Below are positions 59,454-64,000 of a DNA stretch of 64,000 nt, one piece after another. The translations under genes and the position numbers were made by a program. Source of the DNA: a bacterium (lineage in GTDB: Bacteria > SZUA-182 > DTGQ01 > JAFGSM01); assembly GCA_049472335.1 (NCBI GenBank), contig JBLIRO010000015.1, positions 8,447 through 72,446 of the forward strand. The letters run 5' to 3'. Every line of letters starts with the position of its first letter. Within the stretch, counting starts at the first letter, position 1. The notes under the pieces were generated by a model. It was given only the letters and a program-made list of their open reading frames with translations. It ran no database searches and was not told where the DNA came from.

Positions 59454-60747
59454 ATGGAAAAATTGCAAATAATAGAAACCCTGCTTTTGTGGAATTTGTG
59501 GGAAAAAGATATAAACACAGGTATTCCCAGGAAAGAATATCTTGCACGGCTGAAAAGATATTTAGCCACTGATGAAATTGTGAACATTAACAGGAATGAG
59601 ACGTTCTGGTAAAAGCACTCTCTTGCTGCAGTTGACAGATAAACTGATTAAAGATGATGTTCCCAGAAACAACACAATTTATGTTAATTTTGAGGGCACA
59701 AAGTTTTATAATTTTTTGAATATGGATCTATTGGATAATATCTGGGAATAGTATTGTAATTATTTAAAACCAAAAGGGAAGGTATATCTGATCCTGGATG
59801 AGATACAAAAGATAACGGGCTGGGATAATTGGGCAAGGGCTAAATACGATCGAAAAGAAAATATAAAGATATTTGTTACAGGCTCCAATGCAGAGCTTCT
59901 ATCATCAGAATTTTCAATTGTATTGACAGGCAGACACCTTGAACTATTCATTACTCCATTGAGTTTCAGGGAATTTTTAAGGTTTAGGGATATAGACGTA
60001 GAAACAGACAAATTATGGCTAATAAAAAATAAAAGCAGGTTAAAAAATCTCGTTTTAGAATATCTGCAATCTGGCGGCTTTCCTAAAATCATCCTCACTG
60101 GAGATGAATTGCTCAGGAAGGAATTGTTGAGCCAATATTTAAATGATATCTTAAACAGGGATATTGTGAATAGATATAAGGTCAAAGATTCAGACAAGCT
60201 GGAGAAGCTTGCTTTGTTTTAAGTCACTAATTTTACTCAAAAATACAATTATAACAGTATAAAAAGGGTGACAGATTTCGCTCTGTCTTTGGATTCCATT
60301 CAACGTTTTTCCCAATATCTAAAGAATGCCTTTTTAATCGATTTTTTGCCTAGATTTTCCTTATTCCCTGAAGGACCAAATGCAAACAGATCGTAAAGTC
60401 TATTTTGTGGATAATGGGATGAATAATGCAATAGCCTTAAATTTTCCAAGGATAAAGGCAAATTATTAGAAAATGCCGTTTTTCAACACCTAAAGAGGCA
60501 AAAAAAAGAGATGTATTATTTTCATGAAAAACAGGAAGTAGATTTTGTTTGCAGGCAAGGATTAGATGTTGTTGAATTAATAAACGTTTTTTACAGCCTG
60601 GTGGATAGAGAAACGCTTCTTAGAGAAACCTCCGCTTTGGTTGAAGCCATGAGGTATTTTAAATTGAAAGACTCCAAAATTATCATAAAATTTTTTACTA
60701 TCGAATGCCGAAAGCCAGCTCAAATAAAAATAAAATACTGGAATTAA
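59454..60747 (+). pseudogene. Disrupted AAA+ ATPase (AAA_14 + DUF4143-type)
   Basis: ATG at 59454 (MEKLQIIE..WN.W). Walker A GMRRSGKST follows a frameshift near 59585; TAG at 59749; Walker B 'LDEIQ', 'TGSNA', 'LTGRH', 'GGFP'; TAA at 60220; further shifts before 'KVYFVDNG', 'LENAV', 'EVDFV'. Confidence 0.85.
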
Positions 60748-60898
60748 ATATCCTGACCTGTTATATTGGTATATTAATTAACTATGGAATAGGACTTATA
60801 ACATTTACATTTTATAAAATATTTTTATTTGATTTAAATAGCATTCGAAAAACAACCCACAAATTAAATAGATAAGTTTCGGGCTGGGGGAAAATCCT

Positions 60899-62620
60899 AT
60901 GAGAAATTCTTTCCATTCAGACAGGTCAAATAGGGAAGATATATCCATTACCCTGTGTGGTGCTGCGGGACAGGGGATTCAGACAATAGAACATATTCTT
61001 ACACGTGTTTTAAAGCTCTCTGGGTATAACGTTTTTGCCACAAAGGAATACATGTCACGAATACGGGGAGGTAGCAACTCCACAGAGCTTCGTGTGTCTT
61101 CCAGAAGGGTTGCAGGCTATTCGGACAGGATCGATATCCTTGTTCCTTTAGATAAGCAGGCCATTCCACATCTGAAAGAGAGAATCACTCCCAAAACGGC
61201 AATACTGGGCGAAAAAGAGAAGCTGAAGACAGAACGCGATATTATCCACATACCTTTTTCTAAGATTGCCTCGGAGATAGGGGGGCAGATTTATGCAAAT
61301 ATGGTAAGTATAGGTGTAATTGCGGGTCTTTTTGAGTGTGAGCAGAAAATTTTGGAGGATTATCTTGCCGGCTATTTTGTGAAGAAAGGTGAAGAAGTTA
61401 TTGAAAAAAATAAACAGGCGTTAAAAAGGGGATTAGAGATAGGGGCTGATCTTTTAAATTCAGGAAAGATAGATATCTATATCAAAAAAAACACCATGGT
61501 TCGTGACGAGATCCTGATAAATGGGGCAGAAGCCGTGGCCCTTGGGGCTATAGCCGGGGGGTGTAATTTTATATCGGCATATCCCATGTCCCCTTCAACC
61601 GGGGTATTGACCTTTCTTTCCCAGCATTCCCGTAGGCTTGGAATCATTGCGGAACAGGCAGAAGACGAGATAAGCGCTATCAATATGGCAATGGGAGCTT
61701 GGTACGGTGGCGCCAGAGCACTTGCATCCACATCGGGGGGTGGTTTTGCCCTCATGGAAGAAGGGGTAAGCCTTGCAGGTATGATTGAATCACCGGTTGT
61801 AATCCATATTGCCCAGCGGCCGGGTCCTGCCACAGGGCTTCCCACACGCACGGAACAGGGTGACCTTGAGCTTGCATTTTATTCCGGACACGGGGAATTT
61901 CCCAGGATCATCTTTGCCCCGGGCACAATGGAGGATGCCTTTTATCTCACCCAAAAGGCCTTTAACCTTGCCGCAAGGTATCAGATTCCGGTATTTGTCC
62001 TTACAGATCAGTATATGATCGATTCATACTATAATATCCCTGCCCTGGAGACATCGGGGCTTATGGTTGAAAAACATATTGTGGAAACCTATGAGGGGTA
62101 CAAAAGATACAAAATCACTTCAGACGGTATCTCACCAAGGGGAGTCCCGGGCTTCGGCTCCGGGCTTGTTACGGTAGACAGCGATGAGCATGATGAAGAA
62201 GGGCATATTACAGAGGACCTTGATCTTAGGGTGAAGATGGTGGAAAAAAGGCTGAAGAAGCTCGAATCTTTGAAGAGGGAGGCGATTCCACCAGAGTTGT
62301 TTGGAGAAGAGGATTATAAGACATTGATAGTCTGCTGGGGCACTACTTATCATATTGTGAAAGAGGCTGTAGAAACATTGGGAGGGGAGGATCTATCCAT
62401 ATTGTATTTCAAACAGGTGTATCCAGTCTCTGATGAGGCTTTGACATATCTCAACCTGGCTAAGAAAACGATAATCATTGAAAATAATGCCACCTCTCAG
62501 TTCAGCAGGCTTCTAAAGGTTCAAACAGGGATAGAGATGGACCATAAAATCCTTAAATATAACGGCCTGCCTTTTTCTGTTGAAGAGGTCTCTGAAAGGC
62601 TAAAGGAGATAGGGGAGTAA
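60899..62620 (+). CDS. korA: 2-oxoacid:ferredoxin oxidoreductase alpha subunit (gamma-alpha fusion)
   Basis: 'GAAGQG', 'Y.SRIRGG', 'YPMSPST', 'QAEDEI.A', 'STSGGG..LM.E', '[11 protein letters not shown]'. Substrate specificity cannot be determined. Confidence 0.9.
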   Translation: MRNSFHSDRSNREDISITLCGAAGQGIQTIEHILTRVLKLSGYNVFATKEYMSRIRGGSNSTELRVSSRRVAGYSDRIDILVPLDKQAIPHLKERITPKTAILGEKEKLKTERDIIHIPFSKIASEIGGQIYANMVSIGVIAGLFECEQKILEDYLAGYFVKKGEEVIEKNKQALKRGLEIGADLLNSGKIDIYIKKNTMVRDEILINGAEAVALGAIAGGCNFISAYPMSPSTGVLTFLSQHSRRLGIIAEQAEDEISAINMAMGAWYGGARALASTSGGGFALMEEGVSLAGMIESPVVIHIAQRPGPATGLPTRTEQGDLELAFYSGHGEFPRIIFAPGTMEDAFYLTQKAFNLAARYQIPVFVLTDQYMIDSYYNIPALETSGLMVEKHIVETYEGYKRYKITSDGISPRGVPGFGSGLVTVDSDEHDEEGHITEDLDLRVKMVEKRLKKLESLKREAIPPELFGEEDYKTLIVCWGTTYHIVKEAVETLGGEDLSILYFKQVYPVSDEALTYLNLAKKTIIIENNATSQFSRLLKVQTGIEMDHKILKYNGLPFSVEEVSERLKEIGE

Positions 62621-62624
62621 GAGG

Positions 62625-63485
62625 ATGGATAAGAAAATTTATGATTTGGAAAATATAGATATCGCATGGTGTCCTGGGTGCGGCAATTTTCCGATCCTGC
62701 AGGTGTTGAAAGAGACACTTGCGGAGCTTGATATCCTGCCCGAAAACCTGGTCCTGGTATCAGGGATAGGTCAGGCCGCAAAAGCTCCCCATTATCTCAA
62801 GGCCAATGTGTTTAACGGGTTGCATGGCAGGGCGCTTCCCCCTGCAACCGCCATAAAGGCGTCAAATCCGGAGTTGATGGTTATAGCGGAAAGCGGTGAC
62901 GGGGATATGTACGGCGAAGGCGGGAACCATTTCATGCATGCAATCCGGAGGAATCCGGATATAACCAATATAGTGCACAATAATATGGTTTACGGATTGA
63001 CCAAAGGCCAGGCATCGCCCACCAGCCAGCCCGGGTTTAAGACACCTGTCCAGGTAAATGGCGTCACACTGGAGCCATTCAATCCCCTGGCCGTTGCCAT
63101 TGCCCTGGATGCATCCTTTGTGTCGAGGGCTTTCTGTTCAGATAAGACACAAACAAAGGATATATTGAAAAAGGCCATTTTGCACAAAGGATATGCACTG
63201 GTGGACATCCTCCAGCCATGTGTCTCGTTCAATAAGATTAATACCTATCAGTGGTTTAAAGAACGCACATACTACCTTGAGGATTCTCATGATCCCTCGG
63301 ACAGAGTGGCTGCCTTCAGAAGGGCGATAGAGCAAGAAAGGCTTCCCCTGGGGATATTTTATATAAATTCCAACAAAGCTACATTTGAGGAAAATACAGG
63401 GATCTATGCCGAAAATAAAGAGCCGTTGTATAAGAGGGAATCGGACAGGGAAAGATTGAAAGAGCTTGTCCTCTCAAAGAAATAG
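62625..63485 (+). CDS. korB: 2-oxoacid:ferredoxin oxidoreductase beta (TPP-binding) subunit
   Basis: 'WCPGCGN', 'SGIG', 'HGR', 'GDGD...EG.NH', '[13 protein letters not shown]', 'QPC..FN'. Confidence 0.92.
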   Translation: MDKKIYDLENIDIAWCPGCGNFPILQVLKETLAELDILPENLVLVSGIGQAAKAPHYLKANVFNGLHGRALPPATAIKASNPELMVIAESGDGDMYGEGGNHFMHAIRRNPDITNIVHNNMVYGLTKGQASPTSQPGFKTPVQVNGVTLEPFNPLAVAIALDASFVSRAFCSDKTQTKDILKKAILHKGYALVDILQPCVSFNKINTYQWFKERTYYLEDSHDPSDRVAAFRRAIEQERLPLGIFYINSNKATFEENTGIYAENKEPLYKRESDRERLKELVLSKK

Positions 63486-63605
63486 GCATAAGAATTATTG
63501 TATTGTTTCACCACGGAGGTGATATGATAAAGTGTCAGATTTTCCCGGGATGAGTATAATTTTTTATTAACAAAAAAATTTAACTCATCTAAAAAGGAGG
63601 AAAGA

Positions 63606-64000
63606 ATGACACCATTAAGCTATTCAGCAAAAGATTATGACATATTCATCGGGATAGACACAGATAAAAAAAGCTATGTTTTTTCAGTTGGAGATTATAA
63701 TGTTATGAGCCGGGCAAAAAAGATACCTTCGAATCCGGAACATTTACATAATTATATACAAAAAAATTATAAAGATAAAAAGGTTATTTGTGCTTATGAA
63801 GCCGGGCCTACAGGTTTTCATCTTCATGATTATCTCACAGGAAAAGGGATTAAATGCCTTGTTGTTCCTCCAGCTTCTATCCCAAAAGCAGCTAACCAAA
63901 AAGTGAAGAACAATCAAATCGACTCAACCAAGCTTACAGAAGAACTTAGGGATAACAGGGTTAAGCCGGTTCGGGTTCCTCAAGAAGCTTATCGAGAATT
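63606..64000 (+). mobile_element. IS110-family transposase, N-terminal DEDD/RuvC-like domain (3'-partial)
   Basis: Not in the ORF track. ATG at 63606 after aaggagg gives MTPLSYSAKDYDIFIGIDTDKK..CAYEAGPTGF.L..L...GI.C.VV.P..IP....KVKNNQIDS..L....L......V.VP, open to the window end. Confidence 0.88.

Noticed and set aside
63524..63553. Earlier start for the IS110 transposase after GGAGGTGA
   Set aside because: ATG 63524 is out of frame with 63606 and stops after 9 codons.
1..64000. tRNA, rRNA, c-di-GMP riboswitch, CRISPR
   Set aside because: No convincing consensus seen by eye in the intergenic regions; absence not confirmed computationally.

Overview
A 64 kb bacterial chromosomal window. Gene content (CooS CO dehydrogenase, 2-oxoacid:ferredoxin oxidoreductase, GTP-PEPCK, MucR, sigma54-type promoters, outer-membrane beta-barrels) suggests an anaerobic diderm, loosely Desulfobacterota/Nitrospirota-like; taxonomy cannot be fixed from sequence alone. 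The best candidate for an undescribed system is the tight operon at 1-12326. It encodes a giant (>2360 aa, 5'-truncated) Calx-beta/Ig/DUF11/OmpA/beta-barrel surface protein, a membrane-anchored FecR-Ig protein, a HAMP histidine kinase and two REC-GGDEF diguanylate cyclases, one carrying a hidden -1 frameshift. This looks like a trans-envelope signalling chain ending in c-di-GMP rather than an ECF sigma factor. Other content: rimB-like/rimK/HprK-like kinase; secreted low-complexity (Pro-Tyr, Gly-Tyr, Asn-Phe) and beta-propeller proteins, several preceded by extra Shine-Dalgarno/mini-ORF leaders; a sugar kinase/nucleotidyltransferase pair; a CLCA-like zincin-vWA lipoprotein; a porin; cooF-cooS-FNOR with a CxxC D-cluster; an orphan extended PilB; a degenerate double-cNMP ABC exporter; a cutA-transglutaminase-ABC operon; pckG; MNT-HEPN toxin-antitoxin; an AT-rich glycosyltransferase island; an AAA-ATPase pseudogene; korAB; and the start of an IS110-family transposase. 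No rRNA, tRNA or CRISPR array was recognised. All family calls come from motif reading, not database searches.
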